From a virus (Duplodnaviria; Caudoviricetes): a stretch of 48,791 nucleotides of DNA. A program made the position numbers and the translations under genes. Location: IMG/VR virus record IMGVR_UViG_3300036940_000563, positions 1-48,791 of that record; one strand, given 5' to 3'. The notes under the pieces are model-generated. The model was not told the origin of the DNA. It made no database searches and saw only the letters and a program-made list of their open reading frames with translations. Shown one piece after another: positions 19,927-29,804 of the stretch (position 1 is the stretch's first letter; the number at the start of each line of letters is the position of its first letter).

Positions 19927-19955
19927 ATTATATAACATCAGATATTATTTGTCAT
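19927..19955 (-). promoter_or_regulatory. SigA-type promoter of the TerB-N moron
   Basis: ATGACA-17 nt-TATAAT. Confidence 0.7.
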
Positions 19956-19989
19956 ATTAATAAGGAATGTGAATTTTGTATTTGAGCAT

Positions 19990-21543
19990 TTATAATACTA
20001 TCATATCTCTCTTATCATAAATAGATCCATCATCCTCCGGTGGATTTACTGCAGCCCTTGCAAGACCCATAATCATAGCCACTATTCCATCAATCTTTTC
20101 TGAGGATTTTTCTTTGTCTACTTTTATGTTTCCTGCCGGGTCTCTTCGAACCACTATGTTGTCTGCCATCCACCTAAGAACGGGATGTCCTCCATGAGCA
20201 ATCTGCTTACTTAGAATTAATCTCATTAAATCCTTTGTAGGCGGTGACATATCCTTAAAACCCTGACCGAAGGGCACTACTGTAAAGCCCATACCTTCTA
20301 AGTTTTGACTCATCTGTGTTGCTCCCCACCTATCATAGACAATTTCCCTTATGTTGTACTTCTCTCCCAGGTTTTCGATAAACTTCTCGATAAATCCGTA
20401 GTGGACCACATTACCTTCAGTAACATTTAAAAGTCCCTGTCTGTGCCAGATATCGTATGGAACTCCGTCTTTTTTTACTCTCTGGTGTAGTGTCTCCTCA
20501 GGCAACCAGAAGTATGGAAGGACCTGATACCTGCCTCCTTCCTCTAAAGGTGGGAAAACCAAGACAAAAGCCGTGATATCGCTGGTTGAGGATAGGTCCA
20601 GACCTCCGTAGCAAACTCTTCCTTTAAGCTCTTCTGGGTCTACTGGGTAATTGCAAAGATCCCACTTGTCCATAGGCATCCATTTGATTTCCTGCTTCAA
20701 CCACATGTTCAGTCGTAGTTGTTTAAATAGAGCAAGATCTGCCGGATCATCTTTAACTTGATTATAGTGTTCCCTTACTCTTTCTATAGTAATGGTATGG
20801 CCGAGGCTTGGGTTGGCCTTTCGCCAGTTCTTTTCATTTTCAATATCAGCATCATCATCCAGTCCGTAGATGATGGATAGAAATGTAGGATTGATTCTTT
20901 TACCTTCTAAAATATTTTTAGCCTTCTGATGCATCTCCCAACCGTAACCGGAGAGTTGGTTTCCAGCAGTGGTTAGATACAAAAACAAGGGCTGGGTTCT
21001 GGCATCTCCTGAGCCGGTGGTCAGCATCTTAGCAAGGTCCGGATTAGGATAGGTCCAAATTTCATCTAAGATAACGCAGGATGCATTGATTCCGGATTTT
21101 GATTTAACATCGGAACTTAGGACTTGATAGAAACTTCCTGTCTTTGGATAAACAATTCGTTTTGTAGACCTTACCAGATTGGTTACTTTTGTTAAGGTAG
21201 GATTTCCTTCTACAAAGTTAACGCTTGTATTAAAGATTATACTGGCCTGCTGTCTGTCACAAGCTGCCACATAAACTTCTGCATTAGGTTCACCATCAGC
21301 TAAAAGCATGTATAGGGCAATGGCTGCTCCGAGCTCACTTTTTCCATTTTTCTTACCTATCTCTACATAAGCAGTTCTATACTGTCTTGTTCCATCTTCT
21401 CTTAAAGTTCCAAATAACTTCTTAACCAGGTCCTTTTCCCAGGGAAGCAATTTAAAAGGCTGACCAGCCCATCTACCTTTGGTCAGCTTCAGTTGTTCTA
21501 TGAAATTTATGGCGTGATTAGCATGAGCTTCACTAAAAGGCAT
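19990..21543 (-). CDS. terL: Terminase large subunit
   Basis: GKKNGKS Walker A, ILDE Walker B, GLDLS, KIDGIVA. Confidence 0.96.
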   Translation of the reverse strand: MPFSEAHANHAINFIEQLKLTKGRWAGQPFKLLPWEKDLVKKLFGTLREDGTRQYRTAYVEIGKKNGKSELGAAIALYMLLADGEPNAEVYVAACDRQQASIIFNTSVNFVEGNPTLTKVTNLVRSTKRIVYPKTGSFYQVLSSDVKSKSGINASCVILDEIWTYPNPDLAKMLTTGSGDARTQPLFLYLTTAGNQLSGYGWEMHQKAKNILEGKRINPTFLSIIYGLDDDADIENEKNWRKANPSLGHTITIERVREHYNQVKDDPADLALFKQLRLNMWLKQEIKWMPMDKWDLCNYPVDPEELKGRVCYGGLDLSSTSDITAFVLVFPPLEEGGRYQVLPYFWLPEETLHQRVKKDGVPYDIWHRQGLLNVTEGNVVHYGFIEKFIENLGEKYNIREIVYDRWGATQMSQNLEGMGFTVVPFGQGFKDMSPPTKDLMRLILSKQIAHGGHPVLRWMADNIVVRRDPAGNIKVDKEKSSEKIDGIVAMIMGLARAAVNPPEDDGSIYDKRDMIVL

Positions 21544-21557
21544 AGGGTATTCCTCCT

Positions 21558-22067
21558 TTAATTATCACTTTTATTTAAAATATCTTCTGCCTTTGGAACA
21601 TTTAAAAGAAGACTTTCCATTGCGTCCCCTTCTATAGTGTTTCCTGAATTGTTTATATTAAGTCTGCTTCTTGCCGATGGACTGAGTCCCAGCTCTGAGC
21701 AGAAATTTCTCATCTGTTTTAGGTTCTGCTGGGCAATGGAAACCTGAGGGATCTGCTGAATATATCCTGAAGAAGTCTTTAATATGGACCCGTGCTTTGA
21801 GATAAATTCTTCAGCCTCTTTCCATCTGGCATAAGCCTGACAGTATCCTGCAAAGGCAGCCATATCGACTCTAGTCAAAAGTCCCATAGCTTCCAGTTCT
21901 TTTGACAGCCTTCTCCATTCCTTCTTGGCATCCGGCTCAAGCCATGACGGGCACTTTGGTGCTTTTTGTTTTGGTTTAGGTTCATTTTTATTTAATGGTC
22001 TCTTACCAGGGTTACCTTCAAGCTCTTTAACTGCTGTCGGTTTTGGTGGTCTTCCCCTACCAGCCAT
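21558..22067 (-). CDS. terS: Terminase small subunit, P27 family
   Basis: GRPPKPT..KELEGNPGKR, ELGLSPSARSR. Confidence 0.93.
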   Translation of the reverse strand: MAGRGRPPKPTAVKELEGNPGKRPLNKNEPKPKQKAPKCPSWLEPDAKKEWRRLSKELEAMGLLTRVDMAAFAGYCQAYARWKEAEEFISKHGSILKTSSGYIQQIPQVSIAQQNLKQMRNFCSELGLSPSARSRLNINNSGNTIEGDAMESLLLNVPKAEDILNKSDN

Positions 22068-22137
22068 AACTTTCACCTCCTTTTTTGCAAAGAAAAAAGC
22101 CTGATTAATTATCAGACTTTAAATTAAAATTTTATTT

Positions 22138-22530
22138 TTATTTTATTTTTTTTGATGATATAATTTTTTTATCTCTCAATTTTTTCAAACTAAATATCAG
22201 AGCAACAACACTTGCAGCTAATATAACTAATCTAATCATAGCATTTTCAGTTAATCTTGGAACATTCATAATCATAAAAACTACAGAACCGGTCCAATAA
22301 ATAGATATTATAGACACATCTCTAACTAGAGATAATATTCTAATATTTAACTCTTTATTGAGTAAAGATAAATATCTAAGCAATAATCCTAATGGAATTC
22401 CAAGAACTGCTGCATATAAATCTCCACCTATAGCTGATAATGTTAATAATAGTCCCCCAAGTCCCGTTACTAATAAAATGTATCCTATAACCATACTTAT
22501 AATTCTCAATACTTTTTTCATTTTTTTCAC
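22138..22530 (-). CDS. Predicted 4-TM membrane protein (moron)
   Basis: Four hydrophobic stretches; AT-rich. Confidence 0.65.
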   Translation of the reverse strand: MKKMKKVLRIISMVIGYILLVTGLGGLLLTLSAIGGDLYAAVLGIPLGLLLRYLSLLNKELNIRILSLVRDVSIISIYWTGSVVFMIMNVPRLTENAMIRLVILAASVVALIFSLKKLRDKKIISSKKIK

Positions 22531-22680
22531 CTTTACTTTTCATCTTTTAATTTCCACTTTTCTATTTACAGGTATATCTTTTGAAATTATTTACATTTAA
22601 AAACCTCCTTTATTTCTAATATCTCTATTTATATTATATAATAAATATATAAAAATAGTTGGTCTGGGAGGCTAATAGCT

Positions 22681-23412
22681 ATGAATAAAAAAGAAGACCC
22701 TAATATCGCTGAATCTAAAGACAATCAGTTAAGTTTTAATTTGCAATTAAGTGAAACAAATGAAGAAGATATTAAATTAACTTATAAAGACTTATATTTT
22801 TTTAATGCTTACAGAAAATATTACAAGAAAAATATAAAAACTGAACTCACAAAATTAAAAGAGACCTTGAAAAAATATGAAAATAAATTTCTTGAAAACT
22901 CTAATGGTGTAATGGAAGATTTTGTTTTTTATCCTCCTATGTTTCAAATTAAACCTACCGAAGGTGTTGAATACGATCAAGTTAATATGAGAGAAGCATA
23001 TAAATATATGCAGGACCAAAGATTTATTGAAAGACTTGTTGAATACATAGAATTATATGCTGAAAAATTTAAAAACAAGGATTCTTTTCATAACCTGTTA
23101 ATTAAACTATTCTCAGAATCCGGCTTAAGTCAAAAGGAGCTATCTGAAAGAGCTAATGTTAATTATACAACTTTAAATAAGATATTAAATAAAAAGAATA
23201 ACATAGATAATATTTCTATGAATTATATTTTAAAGCTTTGTTTGGCTATGAATCTCGATATTGATGAAACTCAAAAGCTACTTCTTTTCAGCGGTTACGT
23301 ACTAACCGGAAAAGATGATCGTGAAATTTATCTTAGAACAGCTATAAAAAATAAACTTGGAGTTGTAAAAACTAATTTATATTTAGATAAAAACAACTTA
23401 CAACTCTTATAG
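22681..23412 (+). CDS. XRE-family HTH protein
   Basis: GLSQKELSERANVNYTTLNKIL; only substantial plus-strand gene inside the phage block. Confidence 0.75.
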   Translation: MNKKEDPNIAESKDNQLSFNLQLSETNEEDIKLTYKDLYFFNAYRKYYKKNIKTELTKLKETLKKYENKFLENSNGVMEDFVFYPPMFQIKPTEGVEYDQVNMREAYKYMQDQRFIERLVEYIELYAEKFKNKDSFHNLLIKLFSESGLSQKELSERANVNYTTLNKILNKKNNIDNISMNYILKLCLAMNLDIDETQKLLLFSGYVLTGKDDREIYLRTAIKNKLGVVKTNLYLDKNNLQLL

Positions 23413-23450
23413 TTCATATTCTTTATATAGAAAGTTTGAAAGGTTAAATA

Positions 23451-23630
23451 TTATTTTTCTTTCCTACCTTCTGCTCTTCCAAGTTCAAATGCTAGCTCCA
23501 GAGCTTTCTTTACTCCCCATACAGAAACGTCGTAAAAATCAAAGCCATCTGAATTTCTTGTCTTAAGAGTTTCTATAAAGAGTTCTTCTTTCGCTATTTC
23601 TTCAAGTTTCTTTTCTATTTTTTTATCCAT
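23451..23630 (-). CDS. DUF6900-like small protein
   Basis: IETLKTRNSDGFDFYDVSVWGVKKALELAFELG. Confidence 0.7.
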   Translation of the reverse strand: MDKKIEKKLEEIAKEELFIETLKTRNSDGFDFYDVSVWGVKKALELAFELGRAEGRKEK

Positions 23631-23757
23631 GGTTTTATTCTCCTCTTCTTTTGGTATGTACATATTAAATCTAAAGAGAGAATATATCCAGTAATATTTT
23701 CTGCATAAAAAGAATTTTATCTACATAATTTTATCTCTTTTTTATGCATATAACTTT

Positions 23758-23979
23758 TCAATCTCTAGATTGCTTTCCACGGATTCCTTTATAATTAAAG
23801 TTCCCTTTTCGAATCTCTTCTTGTTCTGCTTCAACAGCCTTTTTGTAATTAGGGTCTTTGGTTTCTTTTTCTTTACAGCTCATGCATAGGCACTCTTCGT
23901 TAAACATAGACATGATACGTCCGCCTTTTAAGCTTCCACCACACCTATCACAGTATTTCTGATTTAAAAACTTATCCAT
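23758..23979 (-). CDS. Small CxxC/CxxC protein
   Basis: CDRC...CMSC; GGAGG RBS. Confidence 0.7.
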   Translation of the reverse strand: MDKFLNQKYCDRCGGSLKGGRIMSMFNEECLCMSCKEKETKDPNYKKAVEAEQEEIRKGNFNYKGIRGKQSRD

Positions 23980-23988
23980 TTAATCCTC

Positions 23989-24177
23989 CTACTCAACATC
24001 TACATATTCCATCAAGATTGCTAATGCCTCATCATAACTTTCAGCTTCTTTAGGAATTCGCTTTGTCATCTCATCTGCCTTTTCTTGTTGTCCAGCTTTT
24101 TTTAGCGTCCTTGATACAATTCCCATAAGATTAAAGATGTTGCCGTCTTCTCCTATGAGTTTACACTTAGGCTTCAT
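23989..24177 (-). CDS. Hypothetical phage protein
   Basis: LIGEDGNIFNLMG...SYDEAL. Confidence 0.7.
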   Translation of the reverse strand: MKPKCKLIGEDGNIFNLMGIVSRTLKKAGQQEKADEMTKRIPKEAESYDEALAILMEYVDVE

Positions 24178-24913
24178 CTTTATCACCGGCCTTTCTAAAA
24201 GCACTGCTACCTTTTAGGTGCTTAAGGAGTGCCCTTCTACTTTCCTTATACTCCGTACCCTTCATACCAATTCTAATAAGCCAGGTTCTAAGAGCATACT
24301 TTGGATTGTCATCTTGGGCCTGCTTAAAAGAAGCTCTGTTCAAGGTCTTGGAATATTCTGAAATAAGAACACATAAGTCTTTAAAGGCTTTTGCTCTTTC
24401 AGGACTTAAGCTTGAGACGTGAAGATAGAAAATAAGGGTTTCCTGTTCAAAGTCAATCTTTAATCCTGTACATCTAGCTCTTCCGAGTTTTTCAATGGAT
24501 GCTTTTAATTCTTCCAAATCATTAATATCTTCTTTGTTTAACTCCTCAGCAAAATTATCATCCATGAAATGTTCTTCTGTTTGGAAGGACATCATGATTA
24601 AGCCCTGCTTGCTGTAAAGCATGTTTATGATATTCTTTAAACTGGTAGCTGTATGATCTTCAAATTCTATTTTCACTTGGATACTGTCTAAATCTTGATG
24701 TAGATTCTTTTCAATTTCTGACTGATGTAATATTTCATCTGCTGTTATAGTTTCACCATTGCTTTTACTGATAATTCCAAACCTGTCAATGGTATACACT
24801 TCTTTATCTGTTTTAATCTCATAGTTAAAGGTAGGAACTCCTAAATACTTAGGTTCTACTCCTAAATTCTCTCCGAGTTTTTTAATTATTTCTTTTCTAT
24901 CCATTTCATCCAC
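24167..24913 (-). CDS. 'Virulence-related' phage protein sharing a C-terminal domain with the amidoligase
   Basis: PKYLGVPTFNY N-terminus; DNPKYALRTWLIRIG C-terminus. Confidence 0.7.
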   Translation of the reverse strand: MDEMDRKEIIKKLGENLGVEPKYLGVPTFNYEIKTDKEVYTIDRFGIISKSNGETITADEILHQSEIEKNLHQDLDSIQVKIEFEDHTATSLKNIINMLYSKQGLIMMSFQTEEHFMDDNFAEELNKEDINDLEELKASIEKLGRARCTGLKIDFEQETLIFYLHVSSLSPERAKAFKDLCVLISEYSKTLNRASFKQAQDDNPKYALRTWLIRIGMKGTEYKESRRALLKHLKGSSAFRKAGDKDEA

Positions 24914-24915
24914 CT

Positions 24916-25230
24916 CTATCCTACTTCCAAACCTGTGTACCGTGGATAATTGTAGCCTTCTGAATTTACCAAAACCTTCTCATCAGTTTCTATGTTGGTA
25001 ACCCGTATGCATCGAACCTGGCCATTATCATTGATACCTCCATCTCCTTTGGATATCCAAGGTTGGTCTTTTAAAAAGTCATTTGCAAATTCTTTAAAGT
25101 CTTTGTCTTTTAGAATCACTTCTCTGATGATGGTGTAGGGTTGACCTTTTCTGCCTTCTTTTATTGCTTGATTGGTAAGTTGTTTTAGCTCTTTTAAGTT
25201 ACATACTTTCCTTCCAAATTAAGCTCTCAT
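24916..25230 (-). pseudogene. Hypothetical protein (DUF6329-like) with a nonsense codon at position 4
   Basis: TAATG-coupled start, ATG AGA GCT TAA TTT GGA AGG..., then open in frame to VNSEGYNYPRY. Confidence 0.7.
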
Positions 25231-25418
25231 TACTTTCTCCCTCCAAGTCTTTTGAAATCTCCTTCTTGGATAAACTCTTCTATCTCTCCGGCGGTGTAGA
25301 CTAGGCAGTTATCGTCATCATCCTTAACTGGTGAAAGTACATAGTCATTTCCCCATCTTCCTACTATCTCGTAAGTCTTGCCTCTTTTGCTTTCGAATCT
25401 ATCTTTTTTCTTTATCAT
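25230..25418 (-). CDS. Hypothetical protein
   Basis: 62-aa ORF with RBS, downstream of a repeated promoter-like motif. Confidence 0.6.
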   Translation of the reverse strand: MIKKKDRFESKRGKTYEIVGRWGNDYVLSPVKDDDDNCLVYTAGEIEEFIQEGDFKRLGGRK

Positions 25419-25527
25419 CCTTTCCTTTTCCTCCTTGCTTTTAAATTCTTTTGGTACTACTATATATCACTCTAAAAGCACATAATTGCAAGAGAAATTT
25501 TAAGAAATGATGTATATTTTTTTCTGG

Positions 25528-26016
25528 TTATATATACTTCGGTGGATACTTTTGAATAGCTTTATTGCTTATTTCAAGAGCCTCATCAATAAATTCTAAA
25601 TCAAATTCTGCAGCTTCATATCCTACTATAACAGTATCAAGATAACTTCTGCTTGGCAGATTCAAATTAATCCTGTCTAATACCTTGTCCGTCATTATGT
25701 ATGCCATGGCTGTAATTGTCTTACCATTTTCAAGAGTTACCTTCACATCTTTCTTGTCATAAAATCTAGGATATCCTTCGTAATAATCAAGGGCTCTTTC
25801 ATCTTCCGGTTGCAGCTCCCAAACTATCACAGGAACCTTTCCGTCGTTTTTCTTTTCTACTGTGCAGTAGGCATTATCCACCTGTCCTTTAAACAGAAGT
25901 CTATATCCTTTTAAAGTTCCTTTACCGTGTACCTTTGCAGTCGGACATCTCATAGCCATCTGCTTTAGATTTAGATTTGACCCGTAAGCTATGTTTAATC
26001 TCTTTTCTTCTTTCAT
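25528..26016 (-). CDS. Gamma-glutamylcyclotransferase (AIG2-like)
   Basis: AYGSNL...QMAMRCP...LDYYEGYP. Confidence 0.88.
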   Translation of the reverse strand: MKEEKRLNIAYGSNLNLKQMAMRCPTAKVHGKGTLKGYRLLFKGQVDNAYCTVEKKNDGKVPVIVWELQPEDERALDYYEGYPRFYDKKDVKVTLENGKTITAMAYIMTDKVLDRINLNLPSRSYLDTVIVGYEAAEFDLEFIDEALEISNKAIQKYPPKYI

Positions 26017-26154
26017 CTTTACTCTATCCTTTCTTGAAGGGCGGTTTTACCCCTTTAGCTTTCCTTGTGTGGGCTTTTAACTTGATTGGCTAGCCCTTCT
26101 ACCGACTTAAGAGGGGTTTCCCCCTCCGTGGCTTTAGTTGCCGCTTGTTTTTAT

Positions 26155-27078
26155 CTATACGGCCCTTCGAAATCTCCAGGCTGCACTTCCATCAAGGTGC
26201 TTGCAAAGGTGTTCTCTGCAGTTCTTGAATTCTTCGCCGATAAAGCCGATTCTGTTAAGCCAGGTTCTCATGGAAAACTTAGGGTTATCAATCTGCGGCT
26301 TCTTGGTGCTGGCGCTTTTTTGGGTTAAGGCTTGGTGGTTCATCCCTAAGGCTAGGACTACAAAGCTTCTAATCTTTCCTGCGTGAAGGGTTCCGTTAAA
26401 GCCTCTTAGTTCTACCGTACCGCATCCGTTGAAAAAGCTGTGAAGATTTAAAAAGTGGTATCTACTTTCGTGGTAGTGTCTTTCTCTTCTGCTGCTGTAG
26501 CCTTTGTACCATATATCTTCTATTTGTCTAAAGCTGGTTGGTTTTATCTTATTCATTCTTTCAACCAGATTCTTGTCCATCTTTTTACAGTAGTACATTC
26601 TTCTTTGTTCTATCTGCAAGGCTTCGTATAAAAGGTCGTTTCTTGAGTAGATGATGTTCATGAAATTTCTTATGGATCTTGGTGTGTGTTCCAGTCCGTC
26701 TAAGTGGATGTGAATTCCGGTGCAGTTTTGTTTTTCTGAAAAGGCTCCTGCCTTTCTTAGTTTTCTCACCATCTCTTGAAGGTCCTTCATGTCTTTTTCG
26801 TAGGTCAGTATGGGACTTACCAATTCTACACTGTATTCTTTTGAAGCTGAAACCTTTTGACCGCCAGATTTTTTCTGGGTGTAAATGCTTCCGTCGTACA
26901 TTATCTTCCAGCTTTTTCCATCCGGTGCTTCGATTTTAAAGGTTCCGTAGTAATCATTTAGTTCCTTTACTTCTCCGTCTAAGTGTTCTCCTATTATCTT
27001 AGCAGCCTTTCTTCTTGTAATTCCTGTCATTTCTATTTCTATTCCGAACCTGCTTTTTAAAAATTCCTTGTTTTCCAT
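26155..27078 (-). CDS. Putative amidoligase (COOH-NH2 ligase type 2)
   Basis: FGIEIE, DGSI, ELVSPIL, TGIHIH, RYHFLN, TVELR. Confidence 0.9.
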   Translation of the reverse strand: MENKEFLKSRFGIEIEMTGITRRKAAKIIGEHLDGEVKELNDYYGTFKIEAPDGKSWKIMYDGSIYTQKKSGGQKVSASKEYSVELVSPILTYEKDMKDLQEMVRKLRKAGAFSEKQNCTGIHIHLDGLEHTPRSIRNFMNIIYSRNDLLYEALQIEQRRMYYCKKMDKNLVERMNKIKPTSFRQIEDIWYKGYSSRRERHYHESRYHFLNLHSFFNGCGTVELRGFNGTLHAGKIRSFVVLALGMNHQALTQKSASTKKPQIDNPKFSMRTWLNRIGFIGEEFKNCREHLCKHLDGSAAWRFRRAV

Positions 27079-27184
27079 GGTTTTTCCCCTTTCTGGTTTT
27101 GAGTGTGTTTCTTTTCTTATATACATATATCACTCTAAAGGGGATAAATATCAAGTCATTTATTGAAAACATACTGTATACTAT

Positions 27185-28447
27185 CTAAGATTCTTCTATC
27201 TCTTCAGGTTTCTCTACATCACTAATGTGAATCTTTTCGCCATCACGAATCAAATATACATCTTTGTCTGTTCCAACCTGTTCTATATATCTCTTAACTA
27301 TAACCGTTGCATATTTAGGATCAATCTCCATGGTATTACAGATTCTATCTATCTGCTCACAGGCAATAAGGGTTGATCCACTTCCACCAAAAATATCCAT
27401 TACTATTCCATTAACCTGAGATGAGTTTTTTATAGGATAACATAGTAAAGGAACTGGTTTCATTGTTGGATGTTCTCCATTTTTTCTCGGCTTGTCATAA
27501 TTCCACACAGTTGTTTCCGATCTTCCAGTAAACCATTTATGCTTGGCTCCTCTAAGCCATCCAAATAGTATAGGCTCGTGTATCCAGTTGTATGGACTCC
27601 TTCCAAGAACTAGAGAATTCTTCTTCCAAATGCAAACACCACTTAAATGAAATCCTGCTTCTATGAAAGCCTTTCTAAAGTTAAGTCCTTCCGTATCTGC
27701 ATGGAATACATATATTGAACCTCCCGGAGCAGTATGATCAGCCATATTTTTGAAGGCAGCTATTAAAAATTTATAAAAGGTATCATTATCCTGCTTGTCA
27801 TTTTGTATCTTAAGACCACTAGAGCTTTCAAAGTCCACATTATATGGAGGATCCGTTAATACAAGGTTGGCTTTCTTTCCATCCATTAATCTAGTTACAT
27901 CCTCAATCTTAGTAGCATCCCCGCAAAGCAGTCGATGTCTTCCAACCATCCAAAGATCTCCTGGCTTTACGAATGCGGCTTCCTCTAATGCTTTATTAAC
28001 ATCATAGTCATCATCAGTTACATCCTTATCATGGACCTGACTGAAGAGGTCTTCAATCTCCGCAGCATCAAATCCAGTGAGGGTAACATCAAAATCCTGG
28101 GCTTCAAGTCCTTTAATTAAATCTGCCAAAGCTTCAATCTCCCAGTCTCCTGTTACTTTATTAAGAGCCACGTTTAATGCCTTTTCTCTTTCAGGAGAAA
28201 GTTTAACAACAACACATTCTACTTCTGTTTGTCCTTCTTCTAATAGGATCTTATATCGCTGATGGCCTCCCACTATATTTCCTGTCTCTTCATTCCATAT
28301 GATAGGTTCCACATATCCAAACTCAGTCATGGACCTTTTCAACTTTTCATATGTCGGATCCCCCGGCTTTAAATCTTTTCTTGGATTGTACTCTGCCGGA
28401 TTGATTTCTGATATCGATACTTTTCTTACTATCATTTCCTGTTTCAT
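27185..28447 (-). CDS. ParB-like domain plus N6/N4 DNA methyltransferase
   Basis: YNPR..VGGHQR; TDPPY; HPTMKP; DIFGGSGST. Confidence 0.93.
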   Translation of the reverse strand: MKQEMIVRKVSISEINPAEYNPRKDLKPGDPTYEKLKRSMTEFGYVEPIIWNEETGNIVGGHQRYKILLEEGQTEVECVVVKLSPEREKALNVALNKVTGDWEIEALADLIKGLEAQDFDVTLTGFDAAEIEDLFSQVHDKDVTDDDYDVNKALEEAAFVKPGDLWMVGRHRLLCGDATKIEDVTRLMDGKKANLVLTDPPYNVDFESSSGLKIQNDKQDNDTFYKFLIAAFKNMADHTAPGGSIYVFHADTEGLNFRKAFIEAGFHLSGVCIWKKNSLVLGRSPYNWIHEPILFGWLRGAKHKWFTGRSETTVWNYDKPRKNGEHPTMKPVPLLCYPIKNSSQVNGIVMDIFGGSGSTLIACEQIDRICNTMEIDPKYATVIVKRYIEQVGTDKDVYLIRDGEKIHISDVEKPEEIEES

Positions 28448-28659
28448 TAGATTTCCTTCCTTTCATTGCATAAAAAAAGCCCTAGACTTGAGTCATAAGG
28501 CTAAAATACTGAAAAACTATATGAAATCCTATAGTTTTAAAGCTATATTAGTTCATTTTTACTTTAAATACTTATATTTTATTAATCGCTATATCCTAGT
28601 ATTCATAGGGTTTATAGGAAATTATTGAACTTTAAATTTCATTTTAAATTGCTCAAAGA

Positions 28660-28752
28660 TACCCCCCCTTGCGATTTTCGCGATTTCTCACACACGACCC
28701 TGGCGCGTTGTCGTTTCAAGGCTTACGTAGAGATGCATACCCCCTACCCCCT
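28660..28752. other. Probable cos packaging region
   Basis: GC-rich patch flanked by GGGGGTA motifs directly after the HNH gene; exact cut site not determined. Confidence 0.55.
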
Positions 28753-29106
28753 TGTAGAGTTTCCAAATCCTCCGTCTTCTTCCACAGTCTTCTTGGAGTG
28801 ACAACTCTTACATAAAGCTTGCCAGTTGTTTTTATTCCAGAAGAGTTTACTGTTTCCACCGTGGGCTTTGATGTGATCCACCTCTGTTGCTGGAGTAAGT
28901 CTTCCGTCTCTCTTGCAGTGAACACAGAGAGGATGCTTCTTTAAAAATTCCTTGCTGGACTTTCTCCACTGATAGGTGTACATCCTTGAGCTCCTGTCGT
29001 TCTGAGTTCTTATCATTTCTTTCTTATGCTTCTCGCAATATCTATCGTGGGTCAGCTCTTGACACCCAGGATAGTTGCAGATGCTCTTTGGTTTCCAAGG
29101 CATCAA
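28744..29106 (-). CDS. Packaging-associated HNH endonuclease (gp74-like)
   Basis: HPLCVHC, VDHIKAH, NWQALCKSCHSKKT. Confidence 0.92.
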   Translation of the reverse strand: MMPWKPKSICNYPGCQELTHDRYCEKHKKEMIRTQNDRSSRMYTYQWRKSSKEFLKKHPLCVHCKRDGRLTPATEVDHIKAHGGNSKLFWNKNNWQALCKSCHSKKTVEEDGGFGNSTRG

Positions 29107-29228
29107 GTATACCTCCTTGATTTCAACATATAAAAACCCTAGCCGAAACTAGAGTTTTATTTGCTAAGATTTATTCCTCTTAAGAATTGTTTATTAAATT
29201 CAACTGAGATAACTACCGGTAACACATA

Positions 29229-29789
29229 TTATTTAACTGAATCGCAATAAGTTTGAACTTTCTGTGCAAAATTTCCTTGTAGTTTTTCTTCCCAATAAGG
29301 AACTGATGCTCTTAGTGAGTTAAGTGCATTTTGGTGTTTACTATCACCAAGTTCATTTTTGATCTTTCCCATATAGTATTTTAAGTCATTCATTTTCATC
29401 ACTCTGGTATTGGGTTCGCCCTTTTCAAGATTAGCAAGAATATTCAAATAAATCAATGCACTACCACGACTCATTCCGGTTTTCTTGTGTATTTCTGTGC
29501 TTAGGTCACTAATCTCACCAGAACCTTTAAGATATCTTAAGAAAGCGTTCCACACTTCCTCAACCATATCTGATGTGATTCTTTTATTGCTACGTGATTC
29601 CTTCTCAGATGACTCACTAGAATCCTCAAAATCTTCAGCTGCTTCCATTTTCATCGGCATACCTTTTTCTAACGTAACTCGTTTAAGAAAAATGTTGATT
29701 GCCATTTCCGTATTCATTCCTAAGGAATGTAATATCTTCTCTGCTTCAAGTAATGTAGTATCGTCAATATTAATTTCTAACTTTGCCAT
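29229..29789 (-). CDS. RelB/DinJ-like RHH domain fused to an unknown domain (moron)
   Basis: INID...AEKILHSLGMNTEMAINIFLKRVTLEKGMP; no adjacent toxin gene. Confidence 0.75.
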   Translation of the reverse strand: MAKLEINIDDTTLLEAEKILHSLGMNTEMAINIFLKRVTLEKGMPMKMEAAEDFEDSSESSEKESRSNKRITSDMVEEVWNAFLRYLKGSGEISDLSTEIHKKTGMSRGSALIYLNILANLEKGEPNTRVMKMNDLKYYMGKIKNELGDSKHQNALNSLRASVPYWEEKLQGNFAQKVQTYCDSVK

Positions 29790-29804
29790 ATTGAATACCT
29801 CCAT

